Shown: positions 1 through 9,325 of the stretch, in pieces | How the letters are laid out: each line of letters starts with the position of its first letter | How positions within the stretch are numbered: the first letter of the stretch is position 1 | Source of the DNA: Bacteroidales bacterium | GTDB taxonomy: Bacteria > Bacteroidota > Bacteroidia > Bacteroidales > P3 | Reading direction: 5' to 3' | DNA length: 64,000 nucleotides | Assembly (NCBI GenBank): GCA_017633985.1 | Contig: JAGBOF010000033.1 | Location: 3,774-67,773 of the forward strand | The notes under the pieces: generated by a model | What the model saw: the letters and a program-made list of their open reading frames with translations, nothing else | Told to the model about the DNA's origin: nothing | Database searches by the model: none | Translations under genes and position numbers: made by a program

Positions 1-585
1 GTACAGGATGCTTTGGATTCCACTACTTCCAAAAAATATACTTCAAATACGAAAAGAAAGCCTTCTTCATCCAAACCGTCTTCTTCCGGTAAGACCAATC
101 CGTCATCAAACAACAAAAAACCTTCTTCATCCTCATCATCTTCTTCCTCATCCTCCAAAACCAATACGGCAGATGCGGTATACAATGATTCCAAGGCTTA
201 TTTGCGTAAACGTTCCACCCAGTTGTCCGATTATTGCATGTCTTGGGTAGGCACTCCGCATGTCTTGGGCGGCATGACACGTCAGGGCGTTGATTGCAGC
301 GGGTTTGTTTATAATGTATATAAGGATGTTTATGATATAGTCTTGCCGCGCAGAAGTGCCGATATGGAAAAAGAAGTTGATTTGTATAAATCCGCATCCC
401 AGATGCGTGAAGGGGATTTGATATTTTTCGGCAAAAACAGTGTTAATCATGTAGGTATTTTCTTGGAGGGCAGCAATTTTATCCACACCTCCACATCCAA
501 AGGCGTTGTCGTATCGTCATTGGAAGAAAAATACTGGAAAGAGAATTTCCGTTCGTGCGGACATCACCCTAAAGTAAAGAACTGA
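1..585 (+). CDS. NlpC/P60 family peptidoglycan endopeptidase; the 5' end lies outside the window
   Basis: Frame 1 is open from base 1. The C-terminal domain has the NlpC/P60 layout (GVDCSGFV ... NHVGIF ... FIHTS). It is preceded by a Ser/Pro/Lys-rich linker with a poly-Ser run. Confidence 0.8.
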   Translation, partial: VQDALDSTTSKKYTSNTKRKPSSSKPSSSGKTNPSSNNKKPSSSSSSSSSSSKTNTADAVYNDSKAYLRKRSTQLSDYCMSWVGTPHVLGGMTRQGVDCSGFVYNVYKDVYDIVLPRRSADMEKEVDLYKSASQMREGDLIFFGKNSVNHVGIFLEGSNFIHTSTSKGVVVSSLEEKYWKENFRSCGHHPKVKN

Positions 586-610
586 AAAACAGGGATATTC
601 AACCGGGAAA

Positions 611-712
611 AATATTACGGCGTTTTAGTAAAATATTACGCCGTTTTATTTTATTAATCAGCGATAAAAATTTATTAATCACGCAGAATAATTTACTGAA
701 ACGGCGTTTTGT
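611..712. repeat. 21-nt phased GC-core/AT-linker array (5 units)
   Basis: Cores ACGGCG, ACGCCG, CAGCGAT, CACGCAG and ACGGCG are centred near 619.5, 640.5, 662, 683 and 703.5. Linkers are of the type AATATT / ATTAAT / AATAATTT. The array lies between convergent genes and overlaps the stop of the 693-2291 gene. Confidence 0.75.
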
Positions 713-2291
713 TTTTATCTGCAATCTGATTGAAACAGAAAAAGGACATAAGCGTGCTTACAAAACACATACCGTCATAACGTTCCAAGCAACTTTCGGC
801 AAACATCCAGCATAAGGCGGTAATGAAAAATACGGTAAAATAAGGATTGTTGCCCAAATGTAACCTGAACATAGGATACAGCAAAAAAATCAACAATACC
901 GCAAGACCTATAAGCCCGAAATTGGCGGTAGTGTATAAGAATTGGTTATGCGGGTCATTAATCGGCATTTGTATTTCGGGATGTGAAATCTTCAAATATC
1001 TGTCCATGCAATCCTTTGCAGCTCCCGTTCCCGTTCCTTTGACAGGTCGGTCTTTTATAACTTTGAGCGTGTTTTCCGTCCATACGATACGTTGTATCAA
1101 GGACATGTTTTCTACTTCTTTTGTTCTGAAATACCGCTCAAACTCATAAAACGTTTGGTATAATCTCGGTTTTAAAGAAAATTTATCGGTATAAACGATG
1201 TTGGAACAGCCCTGTTTGATGTTTTCAATATCCTTTTGGGTTAAAGAATTTACGCCTTGGGCGTCTTTTTTCAGCCCCTTGGAATTAAGATAACGGTAAA
1301 TAATGTCGTAATAATGATAATGTACGTTGCCTTCTTTGCCTATGCAATAATCGGTTATATCCAAACCTGTTCTGTTTTTCCATGCGGCATTGACTTCTTC
1401 GGGGCAGCAATATTTGTTTACGTAATTGCCGTTTTCAATGAATCTGTCATAAGTTTTGCGGTAATCATTCCCGTTAGATGTTTTGCTTACCGACATTACG
1501 GCAAAGTCTTCTTTCGGAACGAAATAGTTGCAATACTGTCTGTAAAACCAATATCCCGCCGACAAACAACCTGCCAATACCATAATGGAGATGATACAGG
1601 CATATTTGCTGCGCAGTCTGAACAACAATATAAAGGAAGACAATACTGCCAAAACCGTTACGGTGATTACTCCGCTGGCTAAAGATGCAATAAAGATATA
1701 GGAAAGAAACAGAACCGTAATCGGGATGAAATATTTTGCCATTCTGCGGTTTTTGTATGACAGAATAATCATTGCAGCTGATGCAAAAGACAGATGGAAT
1801 GCAAAAGAAATATGCCTTGCAAACGGTATCAGTACTCTGCTTTCCGTATACGGATGGATTATATAATTAATGAATCCGTAGATAATGCCGAAGGTCAGCA
1901 TAAGGAGATAAAACGCAAAAGCAATGTAATATACGTTTCTTTTTAACGGCGATATGACGGCAATAAACAGCGGTATTATCAAAAGCGGCAACTTATGGTT
2001 TAATTCCGTAAGACCTTTGGGTAAATTATCCGTCCATATCAACCCTATGATATTAAGTATATATAAGCCGATAAGGCATATCAACAGGATTTTGTTTTGT
2101 TTTATCGTTGTCAGTTTGTCTTTTATGCTGCCGATAAACAATATCCGTATAACAATGGCAACAAGTGCCAAAGTAAAGATGAACGTTGAATAAAGCACAC
2201 CTCCTATAAGCAGGACGAAACAAAATAAAGTATAATAATCCGACAGGGACAACCCGTCAAATGCCTTTTTTATGTTTTCTTTTCCTTGCAT
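693..2291 (-). CDS. O-antigen ligase (Wzy_C/WaaL-like) family polytopic membrane protein
   Basis: 532 aa with many hydrophobic helices. A Wzy_C-like signature (NDPHNQFLYTTANFGLIGLAVLL) lies near the C-terminus, and a large soluble loop sits between the TM blocks. The gene is adjacent to lpxD. Confidence 0.6.
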   Translation of the reverse strand: MQGKENIKKAFDGLSLSDYYTLFCFVLLIGGVLYSTFIFTLALVAIVIRILFIGSIKDKLTTIKQNKILLICLIGLYILNIIGLIWTDNLPKGLTELNHKLPLLIIPLFIAVISPLKRNVYYIAFAFYLLMLTFGIIYGFINYIIHPYTESRVLIPFARHISFAFHLSFASAAMIILSYKNRRMAKYFIPITVLFLSYIFIASLASGVITVTVLAVLSSFILLFRLRSKYACIISIMVLAGCLSAGYWFYRQYCNYFVPKEDFAVMSVSKTSNGNDYRKTYDRFIENGNYVNKYCCPEEVNAAWKNRTGLDITDYCIGKEGNVHYHYYDIIYRYLNSKGLKKDAQGVNSLTQKDIENIKQGCSNIVYTDKFSLKPRLYQTFYEFERYFRTKEVENMSLIQRIVWTENTLKVIKDRPVKGTGTGAAKDCMDRYLKISHPEIQMPINDPHNQFLYTTANFGLIGLAVLLIFLLYPMFRLHLGNNPYFTVFFITALCWMFAESCLERYDGMCFVSTLMSFFCFNQIADKNKTPFQ

Positions 2292-2319
2292 TATGCTGTC
2301 AGTGTAACAAAACCGTGTT

Positions 2320-3351
2320 TCAGTTTGATGTGTCTGTCAGTTTATTTTCCAATTCCCGTAAACGTTTTTCCATTTCGGGCAGTTTTTTGAACAAAGCGTA
2401 AGCTCTCATGTATTCGGTAGGGTTAATGGCAGGGGAGCCGAACAATCTGCTGTTGTCTTTTACATTGCTCATAACACCGCTTTGCGCACCTATTTGTACG
2501 TTGTCGCCTATTTTTATGTGACCTGCAAATCCTACCTGTCCGCCTATGAAACAGTTGTTGCCTATTTGTGTGCTTCCCGCCAAACCTGTCTGGGCTGACA
2601 TGACGGTATTGCTGCCCACGGTTACGTTATGGGCAATCTGACAGAGGTTATCTATTTTCGCTCCTTTGTGAATTACGGTCGAACCCATGGTTGAGCGGTC
2701 TATGCAGGCATTTGCCCCTATTTCCGCATCGTCTTCTATGATTACGTTGCCCGTTTGCGGAATCTTTTTAAACGTTCCGTCACTCAAAGGGGCGAATCCG
2801 AATCCGTCAGCACCTATTACTACACCCGAATGAATGATGCAATTGTTTCCTATAACTACATCGTGATAAATTTTTGCACCTGCGTAAATGGTTACGTTGT
2901 TTCCTATTTTTACCCCTTCGCCTATATAAACCTGCGGATATATTCTGCAATTGGTTCCGATAACCGCATCTTTGTCAATAACGGCATATTCACCCAAATA
3001 ACAATCTTCGCCAACCTTTGCACTGTCATTGACAAATGCCAAAGAGGATATGCCTTTGCGGTTAAAGCGGTATTGGTTGTATAGCTCCAACAGCGAAGCA
3101 AAAGCACTGTATGCGTCTTTTACTTTTATAAGTGTGGCGTTAATAGGCTTTTCCAATACGAAATCTTCATTGACAATTACTGCCGAAGCTTCCGTTGAAT
3201 ATATATATTGAGCGTATTTAGGATTTGCCAAAAATGACAGTCCGCCCGGTTCTCCTTCTTCTATTTTGCAAACTTTGTTTACCGTAACCTCACTATTACC
3301 TTCCGTAGTTCCTTGCAGAAAGTCCGCTATTTGTTTTGCCGAGAGTTCCAT
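2320..3351 (-). CDS. lpxD: UDP-3-O-acylglucosamine N-acyltransferase
   Basis: 343 aa. It has an LpxD N-terminal domain followed by left-handed beta-helix hexapeptide repeats (IG.N..I....VIG type) and a C-terminal helix. Confidence 0.9.
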   Translation of the reverse strand: MELSAKQIADFLQGTTEGNSEVTVNKVCKIEEGEPGGLSFLANPKYAQYIYSTEASAVIVNEDFVLEKPINATLIKVKDAYSAFASLLELYNQYRFNRKGISSLAFVNDSAKVGEDCYLGEYAVIDKDAVIGTNCRIYPQVYIGEGVKIGNNVTIYAGAKIYHDVVIGNNCIIHSGVVIGADGFGFAPLSDGTFKKIPQTGNVIIEDDAEIGANACIDRSTMGSTVIHKGAKIDNLCQIAHNVTVGSNTVMSAQTGLAGSTQIGNNCFIGGQVGFAGHIKIGDNVQIGAQSGVMSNVKDNSRLFGSPAINPTEYMRAYALFKKLPEMEKRLRELENKLTDTSN

Positions 3352-3373
3352 TTATTAATTCAGTTAGATAAAA

Positions 3374-4468
3374 TTATTTGTTTAAATATTCTTCGATGAA
3401 TCCTTCAAGTTTTTCTATTTCTATGCCTTGTCGCAATATTTTTCCTTCGCTGTCAGCCAGCAATACGTAAGGAATGTATTGGAAATCGTATCTCTCCGTT
3501 ATTTCCCTGCCGTGACCGATAAGCGAGGTCCAAACAAAAGGATTTTTTTCTACGTATGCAGCCCAGTCATTGGGATTGGTGTCCACGCTGATGGATACAA
3601 CGGTAAGACCTTTGTCTTTATATTTGTCGTATATCTTTTGCAGTTTCGGAATGCTTTCAATACACGGTTTGCACCACGAAGCCCAAAAATCAACCAAGAT
3701 TAACTTGCCTTTAAAATCCCGTTCCGTGTATTGCTTACCGTCAATATCCTGGGCAGACAATACAAGCGTAGATGCCGTTGCACGTTTCATCTGGCGGTAT
3801 TTGTAAGCATCTGCCAAATATTTGTGCCACGGATTGTCATTCTGCGTTTCCGTCAAATCCGAACAGTATTTTACGATAGGATTGTCTTCTTCGGGTATCA
3901 TCTGCATCTCACCTATTAACATAGAATACGGATAACCGCTGTCAGGATATTTCTTTATAAAGTTCTTGAAAATATCCGTCTGTTTCTTATAGACCTTTAC
4001 GTCATTATTACTGCGGACCAATTCCTCAAAAGAATCATTCACCTGTTTCCAAAAATCAGAGAATGCTTCGGCAAATTTGCTGCCCGAATAACTGACGTTA
4101 AGTATTGATTTCTGTGCCAGATAATCACTCACCCCTGATATTTTAAGCTTAACGGTCTTACCTTTTTCGATTATCAAAGGCAGATTTGCCCCGAATTGTT
4201 TGTCCTGATTGATTAAAGTTACCGTACATTCTTTCCTTTTTCCGTCAAAGTTGAGAGTGTCAAAATCCAATTCGCATTTGCCGTCTTTTATCTCGGTTTT
4301 TGCAACTTCTTCCTGCGTGCGGGCGTTAATCATATCAGGATCCTGATAAATTACATACACCTGCGCATCGCTCATTTCGGGTATTTCTATTATGACTTTC
4401 TTGTTATCGGAACACGATGTCGCAATAACTCCCAATAACAAAGCCATTGCCAAAAACAATTTCTTCAT
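3374..4468 (-). CDS. TlpA-like thioredoxin-fold lipoprotein (thiol:disulfide oxidoreductase)
   Basis: The lipoprotein signal is MKKLFLAMALLLGVIATSC. The C-terminal thioredoxin fold carries a WASWCKPC active site. The start is set at the second Met (4468), which gives a canonical signal peptide. Confidence 0.8.
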   Translation of the reverse strand: MKKLFLAMALLLGVIATSCSDNKKVIIEIPEMSDAQVYVIYQDPDMINARTQEEVAKTEIKDGKCELDFDTLNFDGKRKECTVTLINQDKQFGANLPLIIEKGKTVKLKISGVSDYLAQKSILNVSYSGSKFAEAFSDFWKQVNDSFEELVRSNNDVKVYKKQTDIFKNFIKKYPDSGYPYSMLIGEMQMIPEEDNPIVKYCSDLTETQNDNPWHKYLADAYKYRQMKRATASTLVLSAQDIDGKQYTERDFKGKLILVDFWASWCKPCIESIPKLQKIYDKYKDKGLTVVSISVDTNPNDWAAYVEKNPFVWTSLIGHGREITERYDFQYIPYVLLADSEGKILRQGIEIEKLEGFIEEYLNK

Positions 4469-4512
4469 ATCCGCCTTTGTCTTATTGTTAAACAACCGTA
4501 AAACCCCAATAT

Positions 4513-5196
4513 TTATTTCTTACGTGCCAATATTTCGTCTATCATTCCGTAATCCAAAGCCTCTTTGCTTGTAAGCCAATGGTCACGGTCGCCGTCTGCT
4601 TCTATTTTCTCATAAGGCTGTCCGCTGTGTTTGCTTATTATCGTATAGAGTTCTTTCTTTGTCTTAAGGATTTCTTCAACTGCGATAGCCATATCGCTTG
4701 CCTGACCTTCCGCTCCGCCCATAGGCTGATGGATCATAACTCTTGAGTGTTCCAAAGCGGCTCTTTTGTTTTCGGCACCCGCACATAACAAAACCGAAGC
4801 CATGCTTGCCGCCAGCCCCGTGCATATCGTCGCTACGTCAGGACTTACCAATTGCATGGTGTCATATATTCCCAAACCTGCCTGCACATATCCTCCCGGA
4901 GAGTTAAGATATATGGTTATGTCACGTTTGCTGTCCGAACTTTCAAGGAATAATAACTGTGCCTGAATGATGTTTGCCACATCGTCATCTATTGCCGTGC
5001 CAAGGAAAATGATTCTGTCCATCATCAAACGCGAAAATACGTCCATTTGGGCTACGTTTAACTGTCTTTCTTCTATGATCGTAGGATTTATATAAGCACT
5101 TCTGGTATTGAAAAACCTGTTATACCTGTCTAAAGTCAAAGAATTTATGTTTCTTCCTTTAGTTGCGTAAAGCTGAAATTCCTTTTGTATGTTCAT
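4513..5196 (-). CDS. clpP: ATP-dependent Clp protease proteolytic subunit
   Basis: 227 aa with full-length ClpP similarity, including the TGLAASMASVLL (Ser) and MIHQP (His) motifs. Confidence 0.95.
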   Translation of the reverse strand: MNIQKEFQLYATKGRNINSLTLDRYNRFFNTRSAYINPTIIEERQLNVAQMDVFSRLMMDRIIFLGTAIDDDVANIIQAQLLFLESSDSKRDITIYLNSPGGYVQAGLGIYDTMQLVSPDVATICTGLAASMASVLLCAGAENKRAALEHSRVMIHQPMGGAEGQASDMAIAVEEILKTKKELYTIISKHSGQPYEKIEADGDRDHWLTSKEALDYGMIDEILARKK

Positions 5197-5256
5197 TTTT
5201 GCCTAATGTTTGTTTAAAATTAGTATTACACGGCAATTTGCCGCAGATAACGGGTG

Positions 5257-5264
5257 CAAAGATA
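5257..5264 (-). promoter_or_regulatory. Bacteroidota -7 box TATCTTTG (clpP promoter)
   Basis: The reverse complement of caaagata matches TAnnTTTG about 60 nt upstream of the clpP ATG. Confidence 0.55.
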
Positions 5265-5378
5265 ATATATTTTTTCTTTCGAAAGTTTATTTTGGGGAAT
5301 TAATGCATATTTTTAATTGCAAATTAACCTTATTGCAAAGTTGTGGCAGCATTGCAGGACAGGGCAGTCAAATAAAAA

Positions 5379-5415
5379 CTGCATAACCCTTTGTTTTATT
5401 AAATCGGTTATGCAG
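5379..5415 (-). terminator. Intrinsic terminator-like hairpin downstream of the purN fusion gene
   Basis: Perfect 10-bp stem CTGCATAACC/GGTTATGCAG with a 17-nt loop. On the minus strand it is followed by TTTTTATTTG. Confidence 0.55.
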
Positions 5416-5465
5416 TAATTTTCACTTACTTACAAAGATGCGGTGCTACTGTGTCAAACCGCTGA

Positions 5466-5552
5466 AATAATACGCCGTAAAAATTTATTAATCAGCCTGA
5501 ATAATTTATTAAAACGCCGTATTAATATTTTTTTACGCCGTCTTATTTTTTC
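5466..5552. repeat. 21-nt phased GC-core/AT-linker array (4 units)
   Basis: Cores ACGCCG, CAGCCTG, ACGCCG and ACGCCGTC are separated by AAAAATTTATTAAT / AATAATTTATTAAA linkers. The array ends in CGCCGTCTTATTTT. Confidence 0.75.
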
Positions 5553-5556
5553 AGGG

Positions 5557-6570
5557 CTAATATTTGATTTTATCCTGCGTGTTATTCCACTGCTCAAACG
5601 GATCTCTGCCCAATTCTTTTAAGAATTGTTCGCTTTTTATCGCCCTGTCTTTTTTATCAAGTGCTATTTCCTTATATATATATGTATCGTCAAAACCTCC
5701 GAAAGCGGCGTCGTTTTGTCCTGCTGCGTAATAAATCCTGTCAAGACGTGCCCAATAAATTGCACTCAAGCACATAGGGCACGGTTCGCAAGAAGTGTAT
5801 ATCTCGCATCCCGAAAGATTGAAATCATTCAACTGTTTGCAGGCGTTTCTTATGGCATTGACTTCTGCATGTGCCGTAGGATCGTTGGTTGAGGTGACGG
5901 TATTGGTGCCTTGGGCTATGATTTTTCCGTCCTTTACTATGATGGCTCCGAAAGGTCCGCCTTTTTTGCTTGCGATATTCGCTTTTGCAAGTCCTATTGC
6001 CGATTGCAGAAAGATTGTCCGCTCAATTATTTCAGGGAAATAGGTTTTTTCCAAGATATGTATGCTTTTTGCCAAATCCTCGGGAGTGTCCGTCGGCTTT
6101 ATATCGCATTTTGCCTGAAAGATTATATCACCCGAATCGTATTTCTCATTGACGTAATGGATTGTTATGCCGCTTTGTTTTTCTTTTGCTGCAATTACCG
6201 CTTCGTGTACGTGATGTCCGTACATTCCTTTGCCTCCGTATGAAGGCAATAGGGCAGGGTGGATGTTTATTATCTTGTGATCGTAATTTTTCAATAGGTT
6301 TTCAGGCACCAACCAAAGGAATCCCGCAAGTATTATGTAATCTATACCCCGTTGTTTCATCAAATCAAGCACCTTGTCGCTATTGTAAAAATCATTTCTG
6401 TTGAAATAAAAGCAGTCAATGCCCAGATTCTTGGCTCTTTCAATGACGTAAATGTTTTGTTTATTGACCACAACGCAATCGACGGTTATTCCGTCTCGGT
6501 TAAGAAAGTATTCGCTGATTTGTTGTACGTTAGTACCGTTGCCTGAAGCAAATAAAGCAAGTTTTTTCAT
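5557..6570 (-). CDS. purN: Fusion protein: phosphoribosylglycinamide formyltransferase (PurN) plus CDA-fold guanine deaminase (GuaD-like)
   Basis: Residues 1 to about 190 are PurN-like (SGNGTN, NIHPALLPSYGG, GITIHYV). Residues from about 195 to 337 match the B. subtilis-type guanine deaminase (GGPFGAIIVKDG, DPTAHAEVNAIR, YTSCEPCPMCLSAIYWA, FDD.YIYKEI). It is one uninterrupted ORF. Confidence 0.85.
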   Translation of the reverse strand: MKKLALFASGNGTNVQQISEYFLNRDGITVDCVVVNKQNIYVIERAKNLGIDCFYFNRNDFYNSDKVLDLMKQRGIDYIILAGFLWLVPENLLKNYDHKIINIHPALLPSYGGKGMYGHHVHEAVIAAKEKQSGITIHYVNEKYDSGDIIFQAKCDIKPTDTPEDLAKSIHILEKTYFPEIIERTIFLQSAIGLAKANIASKKGGPFGAIIVKDGKIIAQGTNTVTSTNDPTAHAEVNAIRNACKQLNDFNLSGCEIYTSCEPCPMCLSAIYWARLDRIYYAAGQNDAAFGGFDDTYIYKEIALDKKDRAIKSEQFLKELGRDPFEQWNNTQDKIKY

Positions 6571-6836
6571 AAAATTTGTGAATTTATCCTTATTAATAAC
6601 TCAAAAAACGGTTAAAAATTTTTTATAAACGGAAAAAAAGACAAAATCTCGAGTAATTCGGATTAAAAAAAATGAAAAAACATTTGATTTTTAAGAAAAA
6701 TAGGTTTTTGCAAATTGCTGATTATCAAACGCAAATTCCCCGACAGTGTCGTTTTAGAGGTAAAAATGTTGGTAAATTGAAAAAATTGTCGCAATTTTGC
6801 AAACCTAATTTTTAACTAATTAAAAAATTTTAAGTT

Positions 6837-7073
6837 ATGTCAGAAATTGCAAAAAAAGTAATAGCTATCGTTGTAGATAAGTTAGGAGTTGAAGAGTCTC
6901 AAGTTACACCGGAGGCTAATTTTACAAGTGATTTAGGTGCTGACTCATTGGATACGGTTGAGTTGATAATGGAACTTGAGAAGGAATTCAACATTTCAAT
7001 TCCTGATGACGATGCTCAGAAGATTGCAACAGTAGGTGATGCTATCGCTTATATAGAAAACGCTGCTAAATAA
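6837..7073 (+). CDS. acpP: Acyl carrier protein
   Basis: 78 aa with the [11 protein letters not shown] phosphopantetheine attachment motif. It lies immediately upstream of fabF. Confidence 0.95.
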   Translation: MSEIAKKVIAIVVDKLGVEESQVTPEANFTSDLGADSLDTVELIMELEKEFNISIPDDDAQKIATVGDAIAYIENAAK

Positions 7074-7094
7074 TTAAACTAATTTAGTTTTATT

Positions 7095-8345
7095 ATGGAA
7101 TTCAAGCGTGTTGTAATCACGGGTTTGGGTGCTCTTACACCGATAGGCAACAATGCCGAAGAATATTGGCAGGGGTTGGTTAACGGTGTAAGCGGTGCTG
7201 CACCTATTACTCATTTTGACGCAACTAATGCGAAGACAACCTTTGCCTGTGAGGTTAAGAACTTCAAAGGCGAAGATTATTTTGACAGAAAAGAGATCAG
7301 AAAATACGATAGATTTTCCCAATACGGAATCGTTGCAGCCGATCAGGCAATGCAGGACAGCGGTCTTACGCTTGGCGATGAAGAAAAGGATTATGCGGGT
7401 GTTATTTGGGCGTCCGGAATAGGCGGCATTCAGACTTTTGAAGATGAAATAACGGATTACGTTCACGGAGACGGAACTCTGCGTTTTTCTCCGTTCTTTA
7501 TTCCGAAGATGATAGCCGATATTTGTGCGGGACACATATCCATGAAATACGGTTTCCGCGGTCCTAACTTCTGTACGGTAAGTGCCTGTGCTTCTTCAGC
7601 ACATGCTTTAGCCGAAGCTTTCATGTACATCCGTTTGGGTAAGGCAAAAGTTATGATTTCGGGAGGAAGCGAAGCTGCAGTTACGCATGCAGGTCTTGGA
7701 GGCTTTTCTTCCATGAAAGCAATCAGTCAAAGAAATGACGATCCTGCAACGGCATCCCGTCCTTTTGATAAAGACCGTGACGGATTCGTACTTGGCGAAG
7801 GTGCAGGTGCATTGGTATTGGAAGAATACGAACATGCCAAAGCCAGAGGAGCGAAAATATATGCTGAATTGGCAGGTACGGGTTGTACGGCCGATGCTTA
7901 TCACATGACAGCACCGCATCCGGAAGGTTTGGGAGCAATGCGTGCCATGCGTTTGGCTATAGAGGAAGCAGGATTGCAACTTACGGATATTGATCACATC
8001 AATACCCACGGTACATCCACTCCTTTGGGAGACGTTGCCGAGATTAAAGCCATCGTAAACTTATTCGGCGATCATGCAAAGAATATAAACATCAACAGTA
8101 CCAAATCAATGACGGGTCATTTGCTTGGTGCTGCAGGTGCAATCGAGGCCGTGGCTACTACTTTGGCAATTTACAACGGTATAGTACCCCCGACAATTAA
8201 CCATTTCACTGATGACGACAACCTGCCTGCATTAAATTATACGTTTAATAAGGCTCAAAAAAGAGAAATCAAGGCTGCCATCAGCAATACGTTCGGTTTC
8301 GGAGGACATAACGCATCGTTGGCGTTCAAAAAGGTAATTGAATAA
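7095..8345 (+). CDS. fabF: 3-oxoacyl-ACP synthase II
   Basis: 416 aa KAS II. It has the active-site Cys context TVSACASS, the His motifs (HMTAPHP, NTHGTST) and the C-terminal GFGGHN. Confidence 0.95.
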   Translation: MEFKRVVITGLGALTPIGNNAEEYWQGLVNGVSGAAPITHFDATNAKTTFACEVKNFKGEDYFDRKEIRKYDRFSQYGIVAADQAMQDSGLTLGDEEKDYAGVIWASGIGGIQTFEDEITDYVHGDGTLRFSPFFIPKMIADICAGHISMKYGFRGPNFCTVSACASSAHALAEAFMYIRLGKAKVMISGGSEAAVTHAGLGGFSSMKAISQRNDDPATASRPFDKDRDGFVLGEGAGALVLEEYEHAKARGAKIYAELAGTGCTADAYHMTAPHPEGLGAMRAMRLAIEEAGLQLTDIDHINTHGTSTPLGDVAEIKAIVNLFGDHAKNININSTKSMTGHLLGAAGAIEAVATTLAIYNGIVPPTINHFTDDDNLPALNYTFNKAQKREIKAAISNTFGFGGHNASLAFKKVIE

Positions 8346-8346
8346 T

Positions 8347-9087
8347 ATGTTTCTGTTTTTTAAAAACGCAAGAACAGAACAAGATAAAGAGTTATTAAAA
8401 TTTCTTAAGAATATTCTTGGGTTCAAACCCGGGAATATTCTTTTGTATAAGACGGCACTGATTCATAAATCCAAATCCCATAAAGACAGCAAAGGTTTCC
8501 GTGTAAATAACGAACGGTTGGAATACCTTGGCGACACGGTGTTGAGTACAATTATCGGCGATTATCTGTTTAAAAAATATCCGCATCAAGGCGAAGGATT
8601 TTTGACGGAAATGCGTTCAAAGATAGTCAGCCGCAGTTCCCTTAATGCCCTGTCCAAAAAAATCGGATTGGCACAACTGATAGAGTATACGCACGGTAAA
8701 GGCGGCGGTTATCTGTCTATGAGCGGCGATGCTTTTGAGGCGTTGACTGGGGCTATGTATCTGGACAAAGGTTACGATTTTACGTATAAGGTTTTGATAA
8801 ACCGCATATTTACGATATACCTTAATGTTGCCGATATGGAGACAAAGGATTGGAACTACAAGAGTAAGATTATTGATTGGGGGCAAAAGACCCGCCACCG
8901 CATATCTTATCAGGTTATTGATGTAAATGAGGACAACAAACGCAAGCAATACAAGGTTCAGATCTTCATTGATTCTTTTCCGCAGGAGACTGCAATAGAT
9001 TTTTCCATAAAAGCCGCCGAGCAATTGGCAAGTGAGAAGACCTATAAACGCTTACTTGACAGCGGCATCATCACAAACGAAAATTAG
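8347..9087 (+). CDS. rnc: Ribonuclease III
   Basis: It has the RNase III signature ERLEYLGDTVL and a C-terminal dsRBD-like region. The ATG at 8347 follows the fabF stop (8343-8345). The ORF-track TTG at 8338 would overlap that stop. Confidence 0.9.
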   Translation: MFLFFKNARTEQDKELLKFLKNILGFKPGNILLYKTALIHKSKSHKDSKGFRVNNERLEYLGDTVLSTIIGDYLFKKYPHQGEGFLTEMRSKIVSRSSLNALSKKIGLAQLIEYTHGKGGGYLSMSGDAFEALTGAMYLDKGYDFTYKVLINRIFTIYLNVADMETKDWNYKSKIIDWGQKTRHRISYQVIDVNEDNKRKQYKVQIFIDSFPQETAIDFSIKAAEQLASEKTYKRLLDSGIITNEN

Positions 9088-9323
9088 ACTTTCAATAAAT
9101 CAGTTACAGCATAGACCTTGCTTAAGTCATTGAATGTAAAGAATTGGTCATCCAATATCATCCAATTCTGACGTTGCTTTACAGAAAGTTTTTTTATGTC
9201 TGGGAAAAAAGAGACAGGCACGATAACTACACGTCCGTCAGAAAGAAACGCCTCTATCTTTCCTCTATAATCCGTGAAATTCAAATCCTTTATGCCTACA
9301 TTTGTATTACTTATTTTGCACAT
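9084..9323 (-). CDS. DUF2442-like small protein
   Basis: 79 aa. The pattern (DGRVVIVPVSFFP ... L ... QR.NW.I ... F) resembles DUF2442. It lies 2 nt downstream of the DUF4160-like gene on the same strand. Confidence 0.55.
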   Translation of the reverse strand: MCKISNTNVGIKDLNFTDYRGKIEAFLSDGRVVIVPVSFFPDIKKLSVKQRQNWMILDDQFFTFNDLSKVYAVTDLLKV

Positions 9324-9325
9324 AA

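Noticed and set aside
60-170. TCN-rich tract encoding poly-Ser in the NlpC/P60 linker, as a possible contingency repeat
   Set aside because: The codons are heterogeneous (tct/tcc/tca mixed with cct/aaa) and there is no perfect microsatellite. It looks like an ordinary low-complexity linker.
6571-6836. Possible riboswitch or leader upstream of acpP or purN in the 266-nt AT-rich spacer
   Set aside because: I could not find a conserved riboswitch core or stable GC-containing helices. Only a 7/8 match to the -7 box lies there (CAATTTTG, 6792-6799).
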